This document shows positions 47,326-57,400 of a DNA stretch of 64,000 bases, piece after piece. The stretch is taken from contig CAVYSE010000011.1 of assembly GCA_963771075.1 (NCBI GenBank), forward strand, positions 141,508 through 205,507. Reading direction: 5' to 3'. Source of the stretch: a candidate division FCPU426 bacterium (lineage in GTDB: Bacteria; Oederibacteriota; Muellerivitia; Muellerivitales; Muellerivitaceae). The notes under the pieces were generated by a model. It was not told the DNA's origin and did no database searches. It saw nothing but the letters and a program-made list of their open reading frames with translations. Both the position numbers and the translations under genes were made by a program. The first letter of the stretch is position 1, and each line of letters begins with the position of its first letter.

Positions 47326-48558
47326 ATGAAAAGGTTTTTGTTTTTTTCGATTTTGACTTCCCTGTTTCTGGCGGGATGGGGTACTAAGGTTTTCGCCCAA
47401 GCTACCGAAGTTAAGAATCAGGGAACCCCGGCGGTGACTCCTGAGGCGACGATGGCCGTACCCGCCTCTCCGGTTATAACGGTGGGTGGCTTGGTGGATG
47501 CGTACTATACCTACAACTTCACCAACTCCAGCAAAAACATGAACGGCCACGGAAACGTTGGATACAGCTATGACAACCTTAACGCCGTAGGTTTGAACAA
47601 CGTCGACGATGTTTTCTCCCTGGGCGTGGCGGAATTGATCGTGAAGATGAAGCAGGGCGACGTCAGCGGGATCGTGGCGATATGGACACAGATGGAAGCG
47701 GGCAACTCCGTTATGAACATCTTGGTGGCCAACGCGACCTACTCCCCCGGGCAATTCGCCTTCATGGCCGGCCGTTTCGGTGATTTTATGGGGAACGAGG
47801 CGTTCGATACCAACATGAACTGGAACTACAGCCATTCGCTCATGTACAACGATACCCTGCCCTTGTGGCTTCAGGGTGTTAGCGCCGCCTATATGCCTTC
47901 CGATTCCTTCAAGGTCACGGCTTACGCGACGGAAGGATGGATCAACGACCCGGGTAATATGAACGATTATGGGAAAACCTACGGGTTGGCGATTAACATC
48001 AAACCCGATGAGGTTTGGGGCGTGAAGTTGAACGGAATTGCCGGGCCGAACGAAGGGTATTACTCGAGCGTCACGAATCCGGGGGACTCCCTTTACGTGG
48101 GCGAACTCATCCTCAAGTGCACGGCGACCCAAGACTTTTCATGGGCCCTGGATGCCGAGTATGGCGGGTTGGACCCTGTGGCCGAGGATCATTTGGCCAG
48201 CTTGAGCAGTGAGACCTTCTGGGGCGCGGCCCTTTACGGCAGATACAACATCGCGGCGGACTGGAACATTGGACTTCGTCTGGAAGAATTGGAATCGAGC
48301 AATAGCTGGCTTTATAACGGCATGATTCCTTCGGTCACACCTTATGTGGAAACCCGAGAAGCCACTTTGACGCTATCCAACCAAGTCACGAAAAACCTGT
48401 TGCTCCGCCTGGAAGGCCGTTACGACATGGCCTTGACCGGCGGAACGATGGATGCGGCCGAGACCACCTCTCCCACGGGCGGGGTTTACGTTGGGCCTTA
48501 CGCGGGCGGGTCCGGCGATCAATTGACGACCACCGCCAGCGCGGTGTTGAGCTTCTAA
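47326..48558 (+). CDS. Outer-membrane beta-barrel protein (putative porin)
   Basis: Signal peptide, then alternating amphipathic beta-strands rich in Y/N/G and a C-terminal ...AVLSF ending in an aromatic residue, which is an OMP signature. Confidence 0.6.
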   Translation: MKRFLFFSILTSLFLAGWGTKVFAQATEVKNQGTPAVTPEATMAVPASPVITVGGLVDAYYTYNFTNSSKNMNGHGNVGYSYDNLNAVGLNNVDDVFSLGVAELIVKMKQGDVSGIVAIWTQMEAGNSVMNILVANATYSPGQFAFMAGRFGDFMGNEAFDTNMNWNYSHSLMYNDTLPLWLQGVSAAYMPSDSFKVTAYATEGWINDPGNMNDYGKTYGLAINIKPDEVWGVKLNGIAGPNEGYYSSVTNPGDSLYVGELILKCTATQDFSWALDAEYGGLDPVAEDHLASLSSETFWGAALYGRYNIAADWNIGLRLEELESSNSWLYNGMIPSVTPYVETREATLTLSNQVTKNLLLRLEGRYDMALTGGTMDAAETTSPTGGVYVGPYAGGSGDQLTTTASAVLSF

Positions 48559-48582
48559 TCGAGCCTTAAGGGAACATTTTTC

Positions 48583-48650
48583 CAAAGGCTGAAACCTCTA
48601 TTTGACGCCGTGTTTTAATTTCTCTGAGGTTTCAGCCTTTTATTTTTTGA
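48583..48650 (+). terminator. Candidate terminator after the beta-barrel gene (13-bp stem AGGCTGAAACCTC...GAGGTTTCAGCCT with a long loop, then a T-run)
   Basis: Perfect 13-bp inverted repeat followed by TTTTATTTTTTG. Confidence 0.45.
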
Positions 48651-48702
48651 CGGTTGATCGGATGGGCTTGTGCGTATTCATCTAATAAAGGAGGCAGGAA
48701 CA

Positions 48703-49302
48703 ATGACGACTCAAAGTGAACCCATGAAGCTTGCGGACACTACTGCTAATCCGGCACCCTTGGGCTTGTTGGGCTTCGGGATGACGACCGTGTTGTTAAA
48801 CTTCCACAACGCGGGGTTTTATGCTCTGGATTCGATGGTCTTGGCTATGGGCATTTTTTACGGCGGCTTAGCCCAGGTGATCGCAGGGGTCCAAGAATGG
48901 AAAAAGAACAACACCTTCGGCGCCACGGCCTTTACTTCCTACGGGATGTTCTGGCTGACCTTGGTGGCTCTGCTGACCCTGCCCAAGCTGACGTTCCTGG
49001 GTTGGGCTGGCCCGGATGCCAACTCCTTCTCGGTTTACCTGGCTCTCTGGGGTATCTTTACATTGGTTATGTTCGTGGGAACTTTAAAACTCAACCGCGC
49101 TCTACAGGTTGTTTTCGGATCGCTCGTTATTCTTTTCTTCATGCTTTCCGCCGGCAAGGCAATGGGAAGCGAGGATATCATCCACATCGCCGGGTATGAG
49201 GGTATATTCTGCGGGGCATCGGCGATCTATACCGGGCTGGCCCAGGTCCTCAACGAGGTTTACGGAAAAGTGGTTTGGCCGCTGGGACCCGTGAAGAAAT
49301 AG
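48703..49302 (+). CDS. satP: Succinate-acetate/proton symporter (GPR1/FUN34/YaaH family, SatP)
   Basis: Hallmark N-terminal NPAPLGLLGFGMTT and a 6-TM profile. RBS AAGGAGG lies 8 nt before ATG 48703. Confidence 0.85.
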   Translation: MTTQSEPMKLADTTANPAPLGLLGFGMTTVLLNFHNAGFYALDSMVLAMGIFYGGLAQVIAGVQEWKKNNTFGATAFTSYGMFWLTLVALLTLPKLTFLGWAGPDANSFSVYLALWGIFTLVMFVGTLKLNRALQVVFGSLVILFFMLSAGKAMGSEDIIHIAGYEGIFCGASAIYTGLAQVLNEVYGKVVWPLGPVKK

Positions 49303-49361
49303 TCGGACAAAGTTAAACGGCTATTAGGACTCATTTTAAATTATTTTAGTTTTATGTTTAT

Positions 49362-49392
49362 GAAACCCGCCCCAATGGGCGGGTTTTTTGTT
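49362..49392 (+). terminator. Rho-independent terminator after satP
   Basis: CCCGCCC-caat-GGGCGGG stem followed by TTTTTTG. Confidence 0.75.
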
Positions 49393-49597
49393 AATTACCA
49401 TGAAAAGATTATAGAAATAAGCCAAATTTCTTCTTTTTACTCTTTGGAAATCCTCTTTATTTTCATGACTGAAATCATAGAAATAACGGGCTCGATTTTT
49501 GTCGTAATCCATTATGTTTCTTCGGCCCTATACCTTGCCCTTTAGTTGGCATGTCGTTACAATTTATAAAAGGAGTTGAAAAGGGGAGGAATGCGCA

Positions 49598-50296
49598 ATG
49601 CTTCATTCACAAACATCGCCCGGCAAACAACCTAACATGGTTGGCCGCTCCTTTATTTCCTCCCTGGAAGTTTTCAAAAAGATCCCATCTTCCCACCTGC
49701 TTGAACTCGAAAAGAAAATGGTTGAGCGCAAGTATGCCAAGGGTGAATCCCTTTTCCTCGAAGGCGACCCGGCAGAATACGTCTGGTTTGTCAAGGAAGG
49801 CCATGTCAAGGCCGTTATCCATACCGCCAATGGGCGGGATTTGACCCTCTGTATGGTGGGGGCGAATAGTCTTTTCGGGACCTGCTGCTGTTTCGGAGGG
49901 GGAGAATATCCCTGTCACAGCGTGGCGGAAACTGAAACCACAGTCGTGGCCCTTCCCATGCAGGAGTTCATCAATCTTTTGGATAAATACCCGGAAGTTG
50001 GTAAGTCCATCGTTTTCCACCTTTCCAAACGCTTACGCCAGGCCAAAGATATGCAGACCTTTGACCAGGAAAGCGTGGAAAAACGGATTCTTCACCTTCT
50101 CGTGAACCTTGTGGCTGAATTCGGCAACACCATCCCCTTGACCCGGCGTGAGATCGCGGAAATGACTGGAACAACGGTGGAAACTTGTATCCGAACCTTT
50201 TCCAATCTTGAAAAGGAAGGGTTGGTTTCCAGCGCTAGGGGAAAGATTACAGTAAAAAGCGTACAAGATTTGATCGATCGGCAGGAGGAACTTTAA
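49598..50296 (+). CDS. CRP/FNR-family transcriptional regulator with a Cys cluster in the sensor domain
   Basis: cNMP-binding-like beta-roll (KGESLFLEGDPAEYVWFVKEGHVK), then the HTH REIAEMTGTTVETCIRTFSNLEKEGLV, whose recognition helix is FNR-like (E..R conserved). Unusual TCCCFGGGEYPC cysteine cluster. Confidence 0.8.
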   Translation: MLHSQTSPGKQPNMVGRSFISSLEVFKKIPSSHLLELEKKMVERKYAKGESLFLEGDPAEYVWFVKEGHVKAVIHTANGRDLTLCMVGANSLFGTCCCFGGGEYPCHSVAETETTVVALPMQEFINLLDKYPEVGKSIVFHLSKRLRQAKDMQTFDQESVEKRILHLLVNLVAEFGNTIPLTRREIAEMTGTTVETCIRTFSNLEKEGLVSSARGKITVKSVQDLIDRQEEL

Positions 50297-50330
50297 AAAT
50301 ATTGTATTGAAGCAATATTCCTTAAAAAAA

Positions 50331-50357
50331 ACCGCCCCTGAAGGAGCGGTTTTTTTG
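50331..50357 (+). terminator. Terminator after the CRP/FNR-family gene
   Basis: ACCGCCCC-tgaa-GGAGCGGT stem followed by TTTTTTT. Confidence 0.6.
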
Positions 50358-50385
50358 TTTTTGAACGATTTTGAGCTTAGAACAA

Positions 50386-50727
50386 CTACCGATTGGAAGT
50401 TGCTTTCATCGAATCGGTTTTGCGTGAAAGAATTAGCAAATGGATTTCGTGGTCTCGGGTTCCCTCCAGAATGACCTGAACCGATTCCATTGAGGACCAA
50501 GGGGCGAAATAAAGCTTGTTTTCACCTTCCTTATCCCGCGGAATTTCCCTTAACGAGATCGTATCTACCTTTTCCAGAAAAAAACGGCCCCAAAGCCAGA
50601 GACCGGTATCGTCTTTCTGAGAAACCTGGCCGCGAAAAATGGTGTTCTCCGACTTATTTCCGGTTTTGGTGAATGCGTCTTTCCACAAAATCCGAACATG
50701 ATGACCGGCGAGTTGATATTCATCCAT
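50386..50727 (-). CDS. Hypothetical protein (113 aa)
   Basis: ORF with a weak RBS. No family recognised. Confidence 0.35.
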   Translation of the reverse strand: MDEYQLAGHHVRILWKDAFTKTGNKSENTIFRGQVSQKDDTGLWLWGRFFLEKVDTISLREIPRDKEGENKLYFAPWSSMESVQVILEGTRDHEIHLLILSRKTDSMKATSNR

Positions 50728-50931
50728 GGTGTTGTTTCATCCGGTTATTAGTTGATTTAGACCCGAGTCCAAACGGTCTATGGGTAAATTATGCCACGAG
50801 GTTAGGTTTTTGGGCCGATGTTTCTTTTGAAATTGTTGAATGGTAGTGAGGCGCGAATAGTTGACGAATTTCTATTTGATGTAACGCTCAAACTTGAAAA
50901 CCCCAGCCCTTAACGAAACAATGTAACCGTT

Positions 50932-51783
50932 TCAACTTAATTTCCCAGTCTGGTAGTCCATGAAAGCCTGCTTCAGTTCCCCCATTGTGTTCATGACGAA
51001 GGGCCCCCCACGGACGATTGGTTCTTCGATCTTCTGCGCGCTGGCGAAGAGGAAATGAACTGCATTCTTGGTGGCGGATTGAACTTGCACCCAGGTTCCC
51101 GGCCCGAAAATTCCAAGATGGGCTTTTGGAACGGACTGGTTGTTTTTTTGACCGCCCGTTTGTGCCTGACCCTCAATGACGTATAAAAAGGCATTTTGAT
51201 TTTCGGGAATTGGAAGGGAAAAGACCGAACCTGGCTCCAGTTTGATATCCAAATAAGTAAAAGGGATGAAGGATTGGGCTGGACTTTTAAACCCGCCGTA
51301 TTCACCGGCCAAGACCTTGACCCTTACCCCATTTCCGTCAACCATCGGCAATAACTCTTTACCGATGTCCTGGTAGCGCGGGTTTGTCATTTTCTGTTTG
51401 GCGGGAAGGTTCAGCCACAACTGAAATCCCCAAGCCAAACCATCGGTTTGTTCAGGCATTTCGCTATGAATTAGGCCGCGGCCGGCGGTCATCCATTGGA
51501 TAGAACCGGCGGTTAAATGGCCTTCGTGCCCCTTGGAGTCGCGGTGCGTGAAGGCCCCCGCCATCATATAGGTGACGGTCTCGAACCCACGGTGGGGGTG
51601 GTTGGGAAATCCAGCTCTGTAATCATCCGGATTGTCATTCTTGAATTCATCCAGCAAGAGAAAAGGGTCCAAATGGTCCAATTCTCGGGTGCCGATGATG
51701 CGCTTTAGCTTGACCCCGGCGCCATCCGAGGTGGGGATTCCTGCGTGGATTTGAACAATGTCTCGAATTAGAGTTTCTTTCAT
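50932..51783 (-). CDS. Pirin-family cupin protein
   Basis: Pirin N-terminal motif FPNHPHRGFETVTYMMAG...H.DS.G is present, followed by a C-terminal cupin domain. Confidence 0.85.
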   Translation of the reverse strand: MKETLIRDIVQIHAGIPTSDGAGVKLKRIIGTRELDHLDPFLLLDEFKNDNPDDYRAGFPNHPHRGFETVTYMMAGAFTHRDSKGHEGHLTAGSIQWMTAGRGLIHSEMPEQTDGLAWGFQLWLNLPAKQKMTNPRYQDIGKELLPMVDGNGVRVKVLAGEYGGFKSPAQSFIPFTYLDIKLEPGSVFSLPIPENQNAFLYVIEGQAQTGGQKNNQSVPKAHLGIFGPGTWVQVQSATKNAVHFLFASAQKIEEPIVRGGPFVMNTMGELKQAFMDYQTGKLS

Positions 51784-51972
51784 TCGTTAGCTCCCTTGGA
51801 CCACAACATTAGGAAAAGAAAATAAATAAAGCCAGTAGTTACCGGTTGACCACTTGTTCGAAGGAGGGAAAGGGTAAATAGTACCCAATGGATTTATAAG
51901 ACCCGGTATGAAACCCAAATTTGAAGCTGTGGATCCATATTTCCTTCTTATTTTAGGGCATATGGGATTGGC

Positions 51973-53790
51973 ATGGCGGTTGCTGTGGTAATGGATATGA
52001 ACAGCGGTGCCCTTATTGCCCATCCTAAGCCGCTCCTAGAACACTTCGCGTGGTTGCGGTATTTCCGTTTGCCTTCTTTAAATTCCAAAAACACCAAAAA
52101 GGACGCCTTGGTCAGTTTGAGGGCCCTCTTTTTATTAGTGATGCTGGTCCTGCTGTTCTTTAGCCCGAACCCGAGGTTAGGTTCAAACGAACTCGCTTTA
52201 GAAATCTATCTCGGTCTTTTTGGTTTATCGGTATTTGGAATGTTTTTTGTCAAAAAAGAATGGCTGGAACTTAAATTCACCCTTCCCGCCATTTTTTTGA
52301 TGGATACCTTTTTTATAACAATCGGGTTGTATTTGGTGGGGTTGGCCGATAGCGACCTATTTTTGGTCTTTTTCACCACTGTTTTCATCTCAGCCCTCTC
52401 CCAGGATGTGAAAAGCGTTTGCTTGGTGGCCGGTGTTTCCTGCCTGCTTTATGGTTTCCTTGAGTTCCGTGAAACGGGTAATTTTTGGATCAGCGACACG
52501 AATTTCCTGGTTCGTTTTCCTTTTTTGATCGTGGCGGCGACGATGAGCGGTTTTTTGGCCATGGATACCAAGCGCCATAAGGAAGAAACTTCCCGTCTCC
52601 AAGTCATGAACCGGTTTCTCGCGGAACAGGCGGATGTTTCCACCCTGAAACTCTTTGAGACGAACCAAAAGATGAAAAGTTTGCTCGAGTATCACCATTG
52701 TGTACTCTTCTCAATTAAGACGGGGATTATCGTGGTCCAGAAAGATGGGAGGGTGCGAACCTTTAATTCGGGGGCCCGCCAGATCACGGGATGCGTTGAG
52801 GCCGAAATGGCCGATATTTGTCTGGACCAATTTCCTGAGAATTTGAAGCCGGTTTCCCGAGCCCTTCAAAGAACCTTGATCGAAGAAAAGTCGTTTGTCA
52901 TGGAAAACCTGGATCTCAAAAGTACCCGGTCCGAAATCGTGCCCGTGAACCTGGAGACCTCGCTTCTGCGGGATGGGACGGGTCAAATTATAGGCGCCAT
53001 CGCGACCCTCAAGGATATATCCCTTCTGAACCAACTGGAAAGGCAGTTGGTTCGAAGCGAACGGTTTTCGGCATTGGGTGAGATGGCGGCGGGCATGGCC
53101 CATGAGATCAAAAACCCCCTTAATTCAGTCCAGGGTTTTTCAAAACGCCTCTCCGCCAAGATCTCCGATCCCAGTCTGAAGAAATACGCGGATATCATCG
53201 CGGAAGAAGTGGGCCGGATGGACAACATCGTAAACGAAATATTGGATTTCAGCCGCACCGATACGCTTCACCGATCCTGGGTGGATTTACATCAGATGAT
53301 GCGCGAAACGGTGGCGTTTTTAGGGGAAAAAATCGAAAAGGCCAATGTGGTCGTCAAAGAGGAATTTCTTCAAGACCTACCCCAGGTGGAAGCGGACCTG
53401 CCCAAAATCAGGCAAGTGGTCTTGAATTTGATCCTGAACGCCGTTCAAGCCATGCCCCAAGGCGGAACCCTGACCTTAAAAACGAAATTTTTGGATGGGT
53501 TCATTCCCAAAGGCGAGGTGAAAGTGAGTAAAGATTTGGCTTATCAACAGTTGTTTTTACAGGAAAAAATGGTGGTTCTAACGGTCCAAGACACGGGTTG
53601 CGGCATACCCGCTGAGAATTTAGCCAAAGTTTTCCAACCCTTTTTTACCACCAAGATCACGGGTACCGGATTGGGATTGAGCGTGTGCCATAAGCTTGTC
53701 GCGGCGCATGGAGGGACGTTGGACGTAGAAAGCACGGTAGGGGTGGGGACGTCGTTTTCAATTTATTTGCCGGTTCATCAGGAGGAGTAA
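51973..53790 (+). CDS. Sensor histidine kinase with multi-TM N-terminus, PAS domain, HisKA and HATPase_c
   Basis: About 6 TM helices. H-box HEIKNPLNSV, N-box LNLILNAVQAM and G-boxes DTGCGI, GTGLGLSVCHKLV are present. Confidence 0.8.
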   Translation: MAVAVVMDMNSGALIAHPKPLLEHFAWLRYFRLPSLNSKNTKKDALVSLRALFLLVMLVLLFFSPNPRLGSNELALEIYLGLFGLSVFGMFFVKKEWLELKFTLPAIFLMDTFFITIGLYLVGLADSDLFLVFFTTVFISALSQDVKSVCLVAGVSCLLYGFLEFRETGNFWISDTNFLVRFPFLIVAATMSGFLAMDTKRHKEETSRLQVMNRFLAEQADVSTLKLFETNQKMKSLLEYHHCVLFSIKTGIIVVQKDGRVRTFNSGARQITGCVEAEMADICLDQFPENLKPVSRALQRTLIEEKSFVMENLDLKSTRSEIVPVNLETSLLRDGTGQIIGAIATLKDISLLNQLERQLVRSERFSALGEMAAGMAHEIKNPLNSVQGFSKRLSAKISDPSLKKYADIIAEEVGRMDNIVNEILDFSRTDTLHRSWVDLHQMMRETVAFLGEKIEKANVVVKEEFLQDLPQVEADLPKIRQVVLNLILNAVQAMPQGGTLTLKTKFLDGFIPKGEVKVSKDLAYQQLFLQEKMVVLTVQDTGCGIPAENLAKVFQPFFTTKITGTGLGLSVCHKLVAAHGGTLDVESTVGVGTSFSIYLPVHQEE

Positions 53791-53793
53791 GCC

Positions 53794-54186
53794 ATGGATA
53801 AAAGACAAATATCAATATTGGTGGCCGAGGATGAAGACAACGCCCGTTTGCTTTATTTTGACGAACTCTCGGATGAGGGATACCGCGTCTACCCCGCCAT
53901 GAATGGCCTTCAAGCCTTGGGCCTGCTGGAAGATAACAAGATCGATTTGGTCGTCACCGATATCAAAATGCCGGACATGCATGCCTTGGAGATGATCCCC
54001 TGGATCCGGGCTGAATACCCCGGATTGCCGGTCATCGTGGTTTCGGCTTTCAAGGGCATGGAAAATGACTTCAATTTGAAAGAAAATTTCATCGATGGCT
54101 TTTTCGCAAAACCAGTGAATATGGAAGCGCTGAAAAGGAAAATAGAAGAAATCTTGACCAGCCGTTTGGCGCACCATGCCGCGTAA
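53794..54186 (+). CDS. Single-domain response regulator (CheY-like receiver)
   Basis: The sequence ILVAEDEDNARL...DLVVTDIKMPDM...VIVVSAF contains the phospho-acceptor Asp. RBS GGAGGAG precedes the start, 4 nt after the kinase stop. Confidence 0.8.
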   Translation: MDKRQISILVAEDEDNARLLYFDELSDEGYRVYPAMNGLQALGLLEDNKIDLVVTDIKMPDMHALEMIPWIRAEYPGLPVIVVSAFKGMENDFNLKENFIDGFFAKPVNMEALKRKIEEILTSRLAHHAA

Positions 54187-54467
54187 ATGAACCTTCATAA
54201 ATGGTTTCAACCTGGGTTGGGGCATGATTGCATGAGTTCTGTTTTATTGATGTCCTCCATCATCTGAAATTGTGCGGCAGTCCTTCCATTTTGTGGTCCT
54301 ACTCAAAGATGTTTTTTCCATTTGAGAATTATTTACACAGCTCCTCCGAACCTTTTTAATAGGATCAACACATTTTCTTTTGCAGCCAAAGGGAGTGTTA
54401 GAATAGGAAAACCCAATACGCTCCGATTGGGACCGGCGACCCAGCGGCTCAAGAAAAGGCGTATACG

Positions 54468-57400
54468 ATGAAACCCGTCCCTGGCGACTCCAACCCAGAT
54501 TCCGAAGAGAAACGATTGCTTCTCATTTGCCATGAGGATCTAATCGCCTCGCGTATCCTTAAAATCCTTGAAAAGATTTCTGTGGAGCCATACGCCGTTG
54601 AGCGAGCGATGATTTTCGGACAGGTTTTCAAGGCGGTGGCAAACCCAAGTTTCCACATTTGTTTGATCGTGGAAAGCACCGACCCGAATCAAGCCCTTAG
54701 TTTTTTGCATACCTCCCTGTTGAAACAACGCGACATTCCAATAATCCTCCTGAGCCATATGGACCCGGACGCGGGGACGGTGGAAGCGTTCCGACTCGGG
54801 GCCGCCGATTTCATTTCGTTGAATCAATTAGACGCGACGGTTTTGGAGCGCTCCCTCCGCTACGCCCTCGAACGCAAAAGGGCGAGAGATGCCGTCCGTG
54901 AGAGTGAGGATTTTTTTCGCGTCGTCATCGAGAATAATCAAGACGGCATCTCGGTCATCGACCCGAATGGAAAAGTCCGCTATACCAGTTCTTCCTTGTC
55001 GAGGATATTGGGTTATAGCCCCGAGGAAAGGATCGGTAAATATACGTTCGATGTTTTGCACCCCGATGACATGAATTGGATCCAAGAAGCGTTCAAGGGG
55101 TTGTTGCAAAATCCGGGAAGTGTTCAAAAGGGACAAGTTCGCGCGCGACACAAAGACGGCGCTTGGCGTTATTTGGACTTGGCCGCGAAAAGCCATTATT
55201 TTTCCCAGTATTCCTCCCTCGCCGTGGTTTTGAATTACCGGGATGTGACCGACCGGGTCAAAGCCCAACAGGTCACGGAACGGCTGGCCTCTATTGTCGA
55301 TTCCTCCCATGACGCCATTTATACCCTTTCCCGGGAAGGCGTCATATTCAGCTGGAATCCGAGGGCCCGGGAAATCTATGGATTTCCGCCCGAGGAAATC
55401 AGCGGCCGGCATTTTTCGCTCATCATGGATCAGGATGAAAGCAACCGTTTTCAAACAACGCTGGAAGAAGTTTTTGAAGGCCGGGGACCGAATTCTTTTC
55501 AAACAACCCACCGCTCAAAGGTCGGGAAACTCATTTCTGTTTCCTTGGTCCTTTCCCCGATTAGGGATTCCAAGGGACAAATTAACCGGGTTTCAGTTAT
55601 CGCACGGGATATTTCACCCGAATACAAGTTAATGGAAATCGGGAAACGGCTTTCCAGCCTTCTCGAGAACGCGCCCACCGCCATTTACAGCGGGGACAAA
55701 GAAGGCGTTATCACGATGTGGAGCCGGGGAGCGGAGAAAATATTCGGTTATAAAGCGGAGGAAATGATCGGCCAAAAAACCGATATTTTGGAAGTGCCCG
55801 AAAATCCGGGCGAGATTGCGAAGTTACGAAAAGAAGTGAACGATGGAAAGGCTCATATCCATTATGAGACCGTACGCCGTCGTAAAGACGGAAGCCGGGT
55901 CAACATGATATTCCAGATATTCCCGGCTTTGGATGCCAATGGAAAAAATGTCGGAGTAACCGCGATTGGGGAGGACGTTACTTCCCGAATGATAGCGGAA
56001 CGGGCTTTAAATGAAAGCGAGGCCCGTCTTCGTGATATTTTTGAAAAGAGCCCCTTGGGAATGGCCTTGACGACCACCAGCGGTCTATTGAGGATCGTCA
56101 ACCCGAAGTTTTGCCAGATGCTTGGATATGAACCTTCCGAATTGATCGATCGGCCCATTATGGAGATCAGTTACCCCCAAGACCTGCCGAGAGAAGTGGA
56201 GGGGATGAGAAATTTAATCCAAGGAAAAATCGGTTACTTGGAATTGGATAAAAGATACCTCCATAAAAGGGGGCATTGGATATGGACCCATCTGGTCGCT
56301 TCCATGTTAACCCCCGAAAAAAGCGAGGATAACCTGGTATTGGGAATGGTGGAGGATATCACGGACCGGGTCTTCGCGAAGAGGGCTTTGGAGGAAAGCG
56401 AGGCCCGATTCAAGCAGATATTTCATGAAAGCCCCATTGGTATGGGTTTGGTGCGGCAGGACGGCATCGTTTTGATGATCAATCCGAAGTTCTGCCAGCT
56501 TCTGGGATATAACGAGTCCGAATTGATCGGCCGAAATTATTTTGAGTTCATTTCGCCGGACGAACTAAAAGAAGCCAAGGATAACCTGGCGGCCATGTAC
56601 CGGGGAGACCGGCATTCCTATTCGGTTGAACGGCGGTACCGCCGCAGGGATGGCCAATGGTTTTGGGGCCATATGGAAGTGACCAGGATGAAAACAGCCG
56701 AAGGCGCCCCGCTTTTGGCTTTCGGAATGTTGGAAGACATCAGCGAACGCAAGAAATCGCAGGAAACAAGGGAGTTCCTGGTCAATGTACTCGAAAACAC
56801 CGGGGAAGCCGTCATCACCGCCGACTTGAACGGGACCTTGCTTAGCTGGAACAAGGCAGCGGAAACCCTTTACGGATTCACGGCGGCGGAGGCGATAGGC
56901 AAAAAAGCCCGGGATCTCATGCCGGAAGGAAAAGCGCGGGAAATTCAAGCGTTAATGGATCGGTTCATTCAGGGGGAGAAAATTAAGAACCATGAAATGA
57001 TCCGCTTAAAGAATAACGGGGAGCCTTTTTACGCCTCCATCACCTTTTCATTGTTAAAGGACGAAAGGGGCGCCAAAAAGGGCATTACCATGGTCATCCG
57101 GGACGTCAGTGAAATGAAAAAGGCCCGTAAGTCCCAAGACCGATTGGCGAACATCCTTGAACATTCCTATGACGCCATCCTTGGCATCGATATGGAAGGC
57201 GTGATCACCCATTGGAATATAGGCGCCGAGACAATGTTCGGATACACCGCCTCGGAAGCGCACGGCCAAAACATCCAATTGCTGGTCCCGGAGGAATATC
57301 GGTCGGAAACACGTTATTTGATGGAAAAAGCGGTCAAGGGGGAGTCGGTCGGAAATTTCGAGACCGTGCGGAGAAGAAAAAACGGTTCCCTGATCGACGT

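Noticed and set aside
47224-48132. 302-aa minus-strand ORF
   Set aside because: It is antisense to the outer-membrane beta-barrel gene, which has a signal peptide and a C-terminal aromatic residue.
54187-54467. Possible sigma-54 promoter upstream of the giant kinase (GGGGCATGATTGCA)
   Set aside because: The GG-to-GC spacing is 2-3 nt too short for a -24/-12 element.
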